From a virus (taxonomy: Duplodnaviria; Heunggongvirae; Uroviricota; Caudoviricetes), in IMG/VR virus record IMGVR_UViG_2974628062_000001, positions 1 through 44,793 of that record: a DNA stretch of 44,793 nucleotides; one strand, written 5' to 3'. The notes beneath the pieces were generated by a model, which had not been told where the DNA came from, ran no database searches, and saw only the letters and a program-made list of their open reading frames with translations. Below are positions 15,192 through 22,860 of this stretch, piece after piece (the stretch's first letter is position 1; every line of letters starts with the position of its first letter). Made by a program: the position numbers and the translations under genes.

Positions 15192-15623
15192 ATGAACTTT
15201 CTAAGAAGGGTTTGGAATGGTCTGGCCCTAGCTTTGTCCAGACCGATTAACAAGGTAGCCGCAGTAACTCTATCCGTATATACGTTTCTCTGGGGGTGCT
15301 GGATTGCCAACCCCTTCTGGAAGGTATTTGATGGCGCTGGAGTTTACGCCTGGCTAGATTCAGTAGGAAACGAATATTTTTGGGGCGGATTGGCGATGTC
15401 CGTAGGTGCAATCATGACCTACGGAGTCATCCGTTCCTCTAGAAACTCACTAACGATTGGAGCGTTTGTCGGCTTTATTCATTGGTTGCTGATTGCAATG
15501 GGATATTTCGCAGGTGATTGGCAAAACACAGGAGCGCTATCTGCTGTTACTATGGCTATTTTCTGTGCTGCTATCTATCTAAACCTCCGATTCCTGCATT
15601 TCAGAGAAACACATGCAGAGTAA
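15192..15623 (+). CDS. Integral membrane protein (~4 TM), function unknown
   Basis: Four hydrophobic segments; codon usage matches neighbours. Confidence 0.75.
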   Translation: MNFLRRVWNGLALALSRPINKVAAVTLSVYTFLWGCWIANPFWKVFDGAGVYAWLDSVGNEYFWGGLAMSVGAIMTYGVIRSSRNSLTIGAFVGFIHWLLIAMGYFAGDWQNTGALSAVTMAIFCAAIYLNLRFLHFRETHAE

Positions 15624-15624
15624 T

Positions 15625-15653
15625 TTGCCTTTTGAAAAGGCGGCTGATAATAT
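15625..15653 (+). promoter_or_regulatory. Promoter for protease/capsid, leaderless
   Basis: TTGCCT-N17-TAATAT, 6 nt before ATG 15660. Confidence 0.7.
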
Positions 15654-15659
15654 AACACT

Positions 15660-16979
15660 ATGGAGATTAAGAAGGCTCATTGGGCTTCAGATGGCGAGAA
15701 TGTTCGTCTGACGATGCCACTTTCTAAGGTTGATAAGGAGAACCGCCTGGTTTCAGGTTGGGCTTCTCTTGACAACGCTGATAGCCAAGGAGATGTAGTT
15801 CTCAAGGAGGCCAACCAGCGTGCATTCAGCCGCTTCCGTGGAAACATCCGTGAAATGCATCAGCCTATCGCTGTTGGCAAGATGGTTGATTTCAAGGAAG
15901 ACTCCTACTTCGACCAGGAGACACAGAAGTTCTATAACGGAATCTTCGTTACAGTTTATGTGTCTAAGGGTGCGCAGGATACCTGGGAAAAGGTTCTTGA
16001 CGGAACGCTCCAGGGATTTTCTATCGGCGGAGCCATTATTGATGCTGAGACACAGTGGGTAAAGGATGCCGGTAAGGCAATCCGCTTTGTCAAGGATTAT
16101 GAACTAGTCGAGCTAAGCTTGGTAGATTCTCCAGCAAACCAGCTTGCAAATGTATTCTCTATTACAAAGGCTGCTGATGGTAGTCAGGTAATGAAGGGTA
16201 TGGTAGCAGACGCTCATTCTGAGAATGTCTTCTACTGCGAGAAGGATGGTATTGCTAAGACTTCCACCGATGATAACGCAACTTGCGGAAATTGTGGAAA
16301 CACAATGGATAACATTGGATGGTTTGAGTACGGCAGTGATGATGAGAAGACCGAAAAGGTTAAGTCACTTATCGCTGAACGTAATTCTTCTACTACGAGC
16401 GGTTCAGAGGAAGAACCAATCGCTAAGCAGGAAACTGCACAAAACGAAGGAGGTGTAATCGTGGCAGAAGAGAACAAGACTCCTGAGACTGAGGTAGCGC
16501 CGGGTTCTACTACAACTGAGGTAAACGAGGTTGATGAGCAGGGTAAGGCAGAGACCGAAGTTGAGTCAAGCACAGAGGCCGTAGCTGAAAAGGCTGAGGA
16601 CGAGAAGAAGGACGAGACCGCTGATAATTCAGAGGTTTCTGACGAGCCAGACATTTCAAAGATGTTCGGTGACCTACAGTCAGCTATTGAGTCTGGCCTT
16701 GAGAAGAACAGCAAGGAAGCCCAGGATGCTATTTCAAAGGCGACCGAAGCATTCGAGAGCAAGGTAAATGAGCTTGTAGAAAAGCACAACGAGCTTGTAA
16801 ATAAGTTTGAGTCTCTACAGACCGACATCGGAAGCGTTGAAAAGCGTCTTGATGGTGTTGAGTCCGAGACTGCTATGAAGAAGTCCGGCGACCTAGGCGG
16901 GTCAACGGAGGATACCCTACAAAAGAGTAAGGGTTCTAAGTGGGGCGGGCGCTTCCTCGGCCTTTCCGACCTACAGTAA
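15660..16979 (+). CDS. Capsid maturation protease fused to acidic/coiled-coil scaffold
   Basis: VSGWAS..NADSQGD, IREMH, GFSIGG, ELSLVDSPAN (prohead protease); acidic linker and C-terminal coiled coil. Confidence 0.88.
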   Translation: MEIKKAHWASDGENVRLTMPLSKVDKENRLVSGWASLDNADSQGDVVLKEANQRAFSRFRGNIREMHQPIAVGKMVDFKEDSYFDQETQKFYNGIFVTVYVSKGAQDTWEKVLDGTLQGFSIGGAIIDAETQWVKDAGKAIRFVKDYELVELSLVDSPANQLANVFSITKAADGSQVMKGMVADAHSENVFYCEKDGIAKTSTDDNATCGNCGNTMDNIGWFEYGSDDEKTEKVKSLIAERNSSTTSGSEEEPIAKQETAQNEGGVIVAEENKTPETEVAPGSTTTEVNEVDEQGKAETEVESSTEAVAEKAEDEKKDETADNSEVSDEPDISKMFGDLQSAIESGLEKNSKEAQDAISKATEAFESKVNELVEKHNELVNKFESLQTDIGSVEKRLDGVESETAMKKSGDLGGSTEDTLQKSKGSKWGGRFLGLSDLQ

Positions 16980-17014
16980 AATATTCCTAGGAAATATGGA
17001 GGTGACACAAACAA

Positions 17015-18010
17015 ATGAGTAATGAATTGCTAGAGAAGGTTATCCGTACCACCGAGGTTGGTGCTGGTGGTGGTGGTCTTCTTAACGCTGAGCAGGCTGA
17101 CCGCTTCATTGATTACATGTGGGATGCGACTGTACTTGGTTCACAGGTACGTACAATCCGTATGCGAGCAACTGAGGTGGACATCGACAAGGTTGGTGTT
17201 GGAGAGCGTCTAATGCGTGTTGCTACTGAGGCTGTTGACGATGGTGTCAACGCTGGAGCAGTATTCACGAAGATTTCTCTAACCACAAAGAAGTTGCGTC
17301 TTGACTGGGAGCTTTCAACCGAGTCCCTTGAGGACAACCTAGAGGGCGAGGCTCTTGAGGACCACATTGCGCGCCTTATGGCTACGCAGGCTGGTAACGA
17401 CATTGAGGATGTTGCTATTAACGGTAACACCGCTTTGACTTCTGACCCGCTAATGAAGGCATTCGACGGTTGGCGTAAGCTGGCCCTTGCAGGTGGTCAC
17501 GTTGTTGACCACGGTGGACAGCCACTTAACCGTGCTGCTGCCAACAAGGCACTTAAGGCTATGCCACGTAAGTACATGCAGCGCCGTAACGGTCTTAAGT
17601 TCTTCACGGGTTCAAACCTAATTCAGGATTACCTATACGGTCTAACACAGACTGCTTCTGGCCTAATCAGCCTTGAGCAGGTTGCACAGAACGTAACACA
17701 GAACGGTGTTCGCACAGAGGGTGCTGCTGGATTTACCAGCCAGTCAATCTTCGGTGTTCCTGTACAGGAGGTTCCACTGTTCCTTGAGACTCTTGACGGA
17801 GACTACTCAGGACAGACAGGTGACCACGGTGACCTATGGCTAACATTCCCTAAGAACATGCTTTGGGGTGTAAAGCGAGAGATTCAGGTCTACCGCGAGT
17901 TCAAGCCAAAGAAGGACACCATCGAGTACACAATGTACTGCCGTGTTGGTACACAGATTGAGAACGCTGACGCTTTCGTCGTTGTAAAGAACGTCAAGGT
18001 TTCTGCCTAA
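17015..18010 (+). CDS. Major capsid protein (HK97 fold)
   Basis: Position after protease, GGAGGTGA SD, strongly biased codons, GGLLNAEQADRFID, terminator after. Confidence 0.9.
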   Translation: MSNELLEKVIRTTEVGAGGGGLLNAEQADRFIDYMWDATVLGSQVRTIRMRATEVDIDKVGVGERLMRVATEAVDDGVNAGAVFTKISLTTKKLRLDWELSTESLEDNLEGEALEDHIARLMATQAGNDIEDVAINGNTALTSDPLMKAFDGWRKLALAGGHVVDHGGQPLNRAAANKALKAMPRKYMQRRNGLKFFTGSNLIQDYLYGLTQTASGLISLEQVAQNVTQNGVRTEGAAGFTSQSIFGVPVQEVPLFLETLDGDYSGQTGDHGDLWLTFPKNMLWGVKREIQVYREFKPKKDTIEYTMYCRVGTQIENADAFVVVKNVKVSA

Positions 18011-18026
18011 TAATTCTGTCTGACAG

Positions 18027-18051
18027 ACCCCGCCCATTCGGGCGGGGTTTT
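18027..18051 (+). terminator. Intrinsic terminator after major capsid
   Basis: ACCCCGCCC-ATTC-GGGCGGGGT then TTT. Confidence 0.88.
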
Positions 18052-18078
18052 GTCGTTGGACCACATGTCTGCTATAAT
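18050..18078 (+). promoter_or_regulatory. Promoter overlapping the capsid terminator U-tract
   Basis: TTGTCG-N17-TATAAT with TGC extension. Confidence 0.75.
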
Positions 18079-18107
18079 GAAACCACAACAGGAGGAATAT
18101 CACTTAA

Positions 18108-18509
18108 ATGAGTTTCGAAACACTAAAGAAGGAAGACCTTCTAAAGATTGCCGATGATTACGGCGTAGACGTAAAGTCAAGCGACACAAAGGCAGTAATT
18201 GTTGCTGCACTCGCTGAGGATGGCGTCAATTGGGAAGACGTTGCAAAGACCGACAAGACGGTTGCTGAGATTGACTCTGAGCTTAAGCAGGAAGAGACAG
18301 TCAAGGCAGCAGAGGCAAAGGCACAGCTTCCAAAGCAGCTTCTTCGTATGCTCCGTGGAAATGGTACATACGAAATTCGCGGATATGTCTTCAAGCGTGA
18401 GCACCCATTTGCTCTCGTAGCTGAAGATGACGCAGAGTTTATCGTAGAGAATGACCCAGAGGGATTCCGCTACGCAACTCCAAAGGAGGCTCAGTCTTTC
18501 TACGGCTGA
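18108..18509 (+). CDS. Hypothetical protein with N-terminal Rho-N/HeH-like helical module
   Basis: FETLKKEDLLKIADDYGVDVKSSDTKAVIVAAL; AGGAGG SD. Confidence 0.75.
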   Translation: MSFETLKKEDLLKIADDYGVDVKSSDTKAVIVAALAEDGVNWEDVAKTDKTVAEIDSELKQEETVKAAEAKAQLPKQLLRMLRGNGTYEIRGYVFKREHPFALVAEDDAEFIVENDPEGFRYATPKEAQSFYG

Positions 18510-18515
18510 GCCCCC

Positions 18516-18531
18516 GCCCCTGAAAAGGGGC
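18516..18531 (+). terminator. Short GAAA-loop hairpin, weak terminator
   Basis: GCCCCT-GAAA-AGGGGC; no clear U-tract. Confidence 0.4.
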
Positions 18532-18575
18532 AAGCTTAGTTATACAAATAACCGTTCGGAGTATATAATCTAGAT

Positions 18576-19481
18576 ATGGAAATTTATAGAAATGACACAG
18601 CAAATGTTGACCTGAAGGTACCTGTATCTGCGGTCAATGGAACCTTCGAGGTTATTGCCTACGAGGGTGATACAGCTATGTACACTTTTCCAACTCCAAC
18701 CCAGATTCCGGGCGGGTATCGTGTCGTCCTTCCATTCAGTCTAGTAGACCATGACAAGACTCTTAACATCAAGTGGAAGTTCAACTACATGCAGGATTCA
18801 CAGACAAAGACATACGAGTATTCAACTGTTGTCGATGTTGTGACCCCATACGTGACCTTGGATGAAATCAAGGAGGCTATTCCAGAGGCAGAAGCACTTT
18901 CCGATGCAGAACTAAAGAGGCTTGAGCGAAGAATTCGCGGGGTTATTGACCGATTCACAGGTCAGTACTTTGGTAGATACATTGGAACAAGAACAATCAT
19001 TGGTGCAGGAGACGGAGAGTTGAAGTTGGATTCCCGACTTGTTCGTCTAAGCAATATCTCTGGTGCAAATATTCTCTACGAATCAGATGGTGTAGCAGCT
19101 ACAGGCTTTTACTCTGTTCGTGGAGATGGATGGTACGTAGGTGTATCCAACCCTACACCAGACGGAGATTACGTTTTCGAGAACGTGATTCGTGACCCAG
19201 ATTCTATGTGGGCACGTCCGGGCTTCAAGGATAACATGGTCTATGAGGTAACTGGTACATGGGGATGGGACGATGTCCCTTCAGAAGTAAAGGAAGCAGC
19301 TCTTATCCTTTGCGAAGATGAAATCTGTCCTCAGGCTGAATACCGAGACAGGTATCTAAAGAGCATTTCTGGAGATGGATGGAGATATGAATTCACTCCA
19401 AATGCATATTATGGAACTGGCAGTGTAATTGCAGACCAGCTTCTTGAAAAGTTCCGCAACTTCTCAATGACGGTGATTTGA
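18576..19481 (+). CDS. Head-to-tail adaptor (leaderless; TATAAT 18564-18569, 6 nt before ATG)
   Basis: PYVTLDEIK..., GTWGWDDVPSEVKEAALIL, GSVIADQLLEKFR; synteny. Confidence 0.8.
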   Translation: MEIYRNDTANVDLKVPVSAVNGTFEVIAYEGDTAMYTFPTPTQIPGGYRVVLPFSLVDHDKTLNIKWKFNYMQDSQTKTYEYSTVVDVVTPYVTLDEIKEAIPEAEALSDAELKRLERRIRGVIDRFTGQYFGRYIGTRTIIGAGDGELKLDSRLVRLSNISGANILYESDGVAATGFYSVRGDGWYVGVSNPTPDGDYVFENVIRDPDSMWARPGFKDNMVYEVTGTWGWDDVPSEVKEAALILCEDEICPQAEYRDRYLKSISGDGWRYEFTPNAYYGTGSVIADQLLEKFRNFSMTVI

Positions 19482-19482
19482 A

Positions 19483-19974
19483 ATGAGATGTCTAGCTAGT
19501 GCAAAATTCAGTATGCTTGTTGATATCCTCAAGCCTGAATCAGCCCCGGCGGATTCTTCGTCACCTACAGGACATTGGGAGTGGGTGCAAGACCCTGATT
19601 CAGGAGCTTTCATTCAGGTTTGGGTAACAGATGCCGACGACCCAAATACCCCAGAAGTTGAGGGTACAAAGAAGACTGTCAAGTGTAGAGCCAAGGCAGC
19701 GTTGTCCGGAAGCATCCGGTCAGCAGAACAGCTCGGAACTCAGTATTTGAATGAAGAGTGGGTAAAGCTCGAACTTCCATTCAATGCCGACATTACTTTG
19801 AGAGACAAGGTAACAAACATTAGAACTCTTCGGGGTCAGGTTCTCTGGTCTGAAGAAGAGTCCGATGGAAATCACCCAACCACATTTGAGGTATTCAGGG
19901 TTTCTCCTGAAATCGACGGGTTCGGAAATCTCATCGGAAAGATTGCTCTTGTCAAGAGGGCGGTGCGCCAGTAA
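19483..19974 (+). CDS. Head-to-tail stopper / head closure protein
   Basis: Size, synteny, beta-rich with TFEVFRV. Confidence 0.65.
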   Translation: MRCLASAKFSMLVDILKPESAPADSSSPTGHWEWVQDPDSGAFIQVWVTDADDPNTPEVEGTKKTVKCRAKAALSGSIRSAEQLGTQYLNEEWVKLELPFNADITLRDKVTNIRTLRGQVLWSEEESDGNHPTTFEVFRVSPEIDGFGNLIGKIALVKRAVRQ

Positions 19975-20804
19975 TGGCTGCGGGAAGAAAGTTTCTCGGC
20001 TTCAATGTAGACACATCTGAAGGTGCTGCCCTCTCCGGGTTTCTAAAAGAACTGTCTTTGAAGATTGGTACTACTCGACACATTGGGCCAGTCCTTAAGT
20101 ATACACACGCTCTGATGTCAGAGGAGTTTACCGACTACATGGCGGTAGTTGCTGCGGCTCAGTCATCAAGGTTCCACCACGTTTATGAATGGGGGCAGAT
20201 TGGAGACCCTACAGCAAAATTGTGGGACGACAAGCTTGTTGGTGGTGGTAACAACCGCACGGCAACATTTACATGGAGAGCATCAAAGCAGCTAGTGCCA
20301 GTAAGCCAAGAAGCTCAAGATGTGGGGGTTAAGCAAATCCACGTCTTTGCTTGGAAGGCTCCAGTAATGGAGTACGGAAAGAATATCACCATTGAGCCTA
20401 AGCGTGGAGAGTACCTTTCACTATTCACTGGACCTACTAAGCAGAATGGAAAGTGGAAGCTTCGTGTGTTTAAGGGTCCTGTTACTGTCACAAATCCGGG
20501 CGGTAAGATGACAAAGGGTTCATTCACCAGAGAATATGTTTCTTGGTGGGGCGGTACAGGGGCACAAGGAGTCTTTGAAAGTAAGGTCAAGAAGATTCTT
20601 GAAGAAGACCTTGGCCGTATGCCTATTGAATCTGTGACTAAGCAGTTCCGTAGAGCTAATACAAAGACTTTCAAGATGAGTACGATTGGTGAAGCTGAAG
20701 CGGCTGAAAACGCTGGTAGAGCAGCGGCCCAGAAGTATCTAAACGGTCGCTCCAACAATTACATTCAGGCTGCCAGAGCCAGGGAAAGGATTATTTACGG
20801 ATAA
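19974..20804 (+). CDS. Neck / tail completion protein (putative)
   Basis: Synteny; basic; translational coupling on both sides. Confidence 0.6.
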   Translation: MAAGRKFLGFNVDTSEGAALSGFLKELSLKIGTTRHIGPVLKYTHALMSEEFTDYMAVVAAAQSSRFHHVYEWGQIGDPTAKLWDDKLVGGGNNRTATFTWRASKQLVPVSQEAQDVGVKQIHVFAWKAPVMEYGKNITIEPKRGEYLSLFTGPTKQNGKWKLRVFKGPVTVTNPGGKMTKGSFTREYVSWWGGTGAQGVFESKVKKILEEDLGRMPIESVTKQFRRANTKTFKMSTIGEAEAAENAGRAAAQKYLNGRSNNYIQAARARERIIYG

Positions 20805-21349
20805 TGGCAGATTACAGAACGGTGGGTGCCCACCAAATCAATAAGTGGCTCTGGTCAAAACTCAAGACATATGAGTACAAGCCGGGAGTCAAGGCGTTCG
20901 CGGATTACAAGGATTCGGGAAATCCGACCGGGTATGCGATTACGCCAATCATTCCTAACTTCCAGACACCACAGATTACAGACATTACAAAGAATCAAAG
21001 TCCATATATTGTCTATAACTACCTTCAGAATCCATACGATTCTGAATGGTGGATGTGTAGAGAGCAGTGTGCTTACATGATTTATGACGGAAACGAAGAA
21101 AGGCTTCGTGGAATTCAGATTTACATGACAGACCTTCTCAAGAGAATGGACTGGACGGCGAGAGACTTGAATTACAGTGGTCTTGTAGCTTCCAATTTTG
21201 ATTTCAAGTATGTTCGAATCGTTGCTACCTCAGGTCCAGACGACTTGGGTGAAGAGGTAGAGGATATCAACCCTGCGGCTATGGTCGTTATTTCTTATGA
21301 GTATACGGTTGATATGAATACTGCTGAAGGAAATGGAATGAGAGTATAG
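20804..21349 (+). CDS. Tail terminator (putative)
   Basis: Immediately before major tail; PYIVY...AYMIYD pattern. Confidence 0.65.
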   Translation: MADYRTVGAHQINKWLWSKLKTYEYKPGVKAFADYKDSGNPTGYAITPIIPNFQTPQITDITKNQSPYIVYNYLQNPYDSEWWMCREQCAYMIYDGNEERLRGIQIYMTDLLKRMDWTARDLNYSGLVASNFDFKYVRIVATSGPDDLGEEVEDINPAAMVVISYEYTVDMNTAEGNGMRV

Positions 21350-21355
21350 GGTAAT

Positions 21356-21385
21356 TTGGCTTTAGAAGCCGAATCACGATAATAT
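21356..21385 (+). promoter_or_regulatory. Major tail promoter
   Basis: TTGGCT-N18-TAATAT, similar to the 15625 promoter; GGAGGTGA SD downstream. Confidence 0.6.
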
Positions 21386-21450
21386 ACTCATAGAGGAAGT
21401 GCCTAGCCAGCACACAAACTTTTTAACCTAAATGGAGGTGACATCTAAAA

Positions 21451-22080
21451 ATGGCATATCAGGTACGTAACATTATCATTGGTGCAGCCGCTCTTTACAT
21501 TTCAGTAAAGGACAGCACCGATGCTGCATGGGCAGGAGGCCCAGCGCTACCAGCAGCCCCATCTTCGGGAAGTTCTTACACAACGACTCTTGATGCTTCT
21601 GCTGATTGGCGTCACGCTGGTTTCACCACTGAGGGACTTGAGGTTTCTTACGAGCCAGACTACGGAGATGTAGAGGTTGACCAGCTTCTTGACTCTGCTA
21701 AGCTCTTCAAGCAGTCAATGCGAGTTACAATCAACACGACTCTTGCAGAGGCAGCTCTAGAGAATCTTCTAGTTGCATGGGGTCAGCAGTCTGCAACCCT
21801 TACTTCAACTTCAAGCACGACTGAGCTTGGAATTGCGGCTGGTGCTCTTGGTGACGAGCCAGTTGAGCGCGCTCTTGTTGCTGTTGGTCCAGGACCAAAG
21901 ACAGCAGCAGGTGCTAAGCGAGAGAGGCTATACCACGCACGTCGTGTTCTCTCTGTTGAGTCTTCAGCGCACAGCGTTCGTCGTAACGAAGCAACGGTAT
22001 TCCCTGTTGCATTCCGTCTGCTACCAGACCCTAACTTCAGCGGTTCTGAGTACGGCGTAATTCGTGACCGTAACGTCTAA
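21451..22080 (+). CDS. Major tail protein
   Basis: GFTTEGLEVSYEPD...VDQL; strong SD; flanked by promoter and terminator; precedes tail chaperones. Confidence 0.88.
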   Translation: MAYQVRNIIIGAAALYISVKDSTDAAWAGGPALPAAPSSGSSYTTTLDASADWRHAGFTTEGLEVSYEPDYGDVEVDQLLDSAKLFKQSMRVTINTTLAEAALENLLVAWGQQSATLTSTSSTTELGIAAGALGDEPVERALVAVGPGPKTAAGAKRERLYHARRVLSVESSAHSVRRNEATVFPVAFRLLPDPNFSGSEYGVIRDRNV

Positions 22081-22097
22081 GATTTAACTTATCGATT

Positions 22098-22123
22098 AAC
22101 CCCGCCCATTCGGCGGGGTTCTT
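22098..22123 (+). terminator. Intrinsic terminator after major tail, near-identical to the capsid terminator
   Basis: AACCCCGCC-CATTC-GGCGGGGTT-CTT. Confidence 0.85.
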
Positions 22124-22141
22124 CGTTTTGTCGAGAGAAAA

Positions 22142-22170
22142 TTGACCAATGACCGCTTTTCAGGTAAACT
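22142..22170 (+). promoter_or_regulatory. Promoter for tail chaperones and tape measure
   Basis: TTGACC-N17-TAAACT. Confidence 0.65.
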
Positions 22171-22199
22171 AGAATCACTAATGGAAGGAAAGGTTTAAA

Positions 22200-22550
22200 T
22201 TGGCAACATCAGTTTACACCACTGAGGAAGTCGAACTACAGGACGGCTCCACAGTTACACTAAAGCCACTTACAATTAAGAACTTGCGTAAGTTCATGAA
22301 GATTATGGAGAGCTTCGGAGAGGCCGAGACTGAGGATGAGGGTCTAGATATTATGCTAGATGCCTCTGCTCTTTGTCTGAAGGCACAGCGCGCAGAGTTT
22401 TGGGACAACGATGAAGACAAGCACAGCGAGGCTTTTGAAGAGGCGGCAGACATGCCGACTATTTACAAGATTCTAGATGTATGTGGTGGTCTGAAGTTGA
22501 ATGACCCAAATCTTCTAGCGGCGGCTCAGGAGGCTCTTGGGAAGAACTAG
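22200..22550 (+). CDS. Tail assembly chaperone (short form, gpG-like)
   Basis: Between major tail and tape measure; TTG start with GGAAGGAAAGG SD. Confidence 0.85.
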   Translation: MATSVYTTEEVELQDGSTVTLKPLTIKNLRKFMKIMESFGEAETEDEGLDIMLDASALCLKAQRAEFWDNDEDKHSEAFEEAADMPTIYKILDVCGGLKLNDPNLLAAAQEALGKN

Positions 22551-22843
22551 ACTTGGCCTCACTAGAGGCTGAGCTTTTTCTTCTAGGCCACTGGAAAAAC
22601 TTCGAGGACATCGAAGAAACGCTCACATTGGATGAGCTTCAGAAAATTCTAGAGGCAGCACGAGAGAAGGACCATAACAAGCAAAGATTCGCCGCAGCAC
22701 TTCAAGGTGTTGACCTAGACAAGGACAAGAAGGAAGACACTTCCTTTGAAGAGGTCAAGAGGAGAGCCCAGTCAAAGATTTCCGGGGTTTCCGAAGAAGA
22801 GCTAGGATTTGCTGATATCGGTATTACAGTAGTAGAAGATTAA
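22505..22843 (+). CDS. -1 frameshift extension of the tail assembly chaperone (gpGT-like, ~214 aa total)
   Basis: In-frame slippery heptamer C CCA AAT at 22505-22511; -1 frame open from there to TAA 22843, giving SSSGGSGGSWEELDLASLEAELFLLGHWK... Confidence 0.8.
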   Translation, partial: PKSSSGGSGGSWEELDLASLEAELFLLGHWKNFEDIEETLTLDELQKILEAAREKDHNKQRFAAALQGVDLDKDKKEDTSFEEVKRRAQSKISGVSEEELGFADIGITVVED

Positions 22844-22860
22844 AACAAGGACTGATTGAA

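Noticed and set aside
16232-17014. 260-aa minus strand ORF
   Set aside because: Ser-rich antisense shadow of the acidic scaffold region; no RBS or promoter
22536-22550. GGGAAG as the tail-chaperone slippery site
   Set aside because: Does not fit X XXY YYZ; CCCAAAT upstream does
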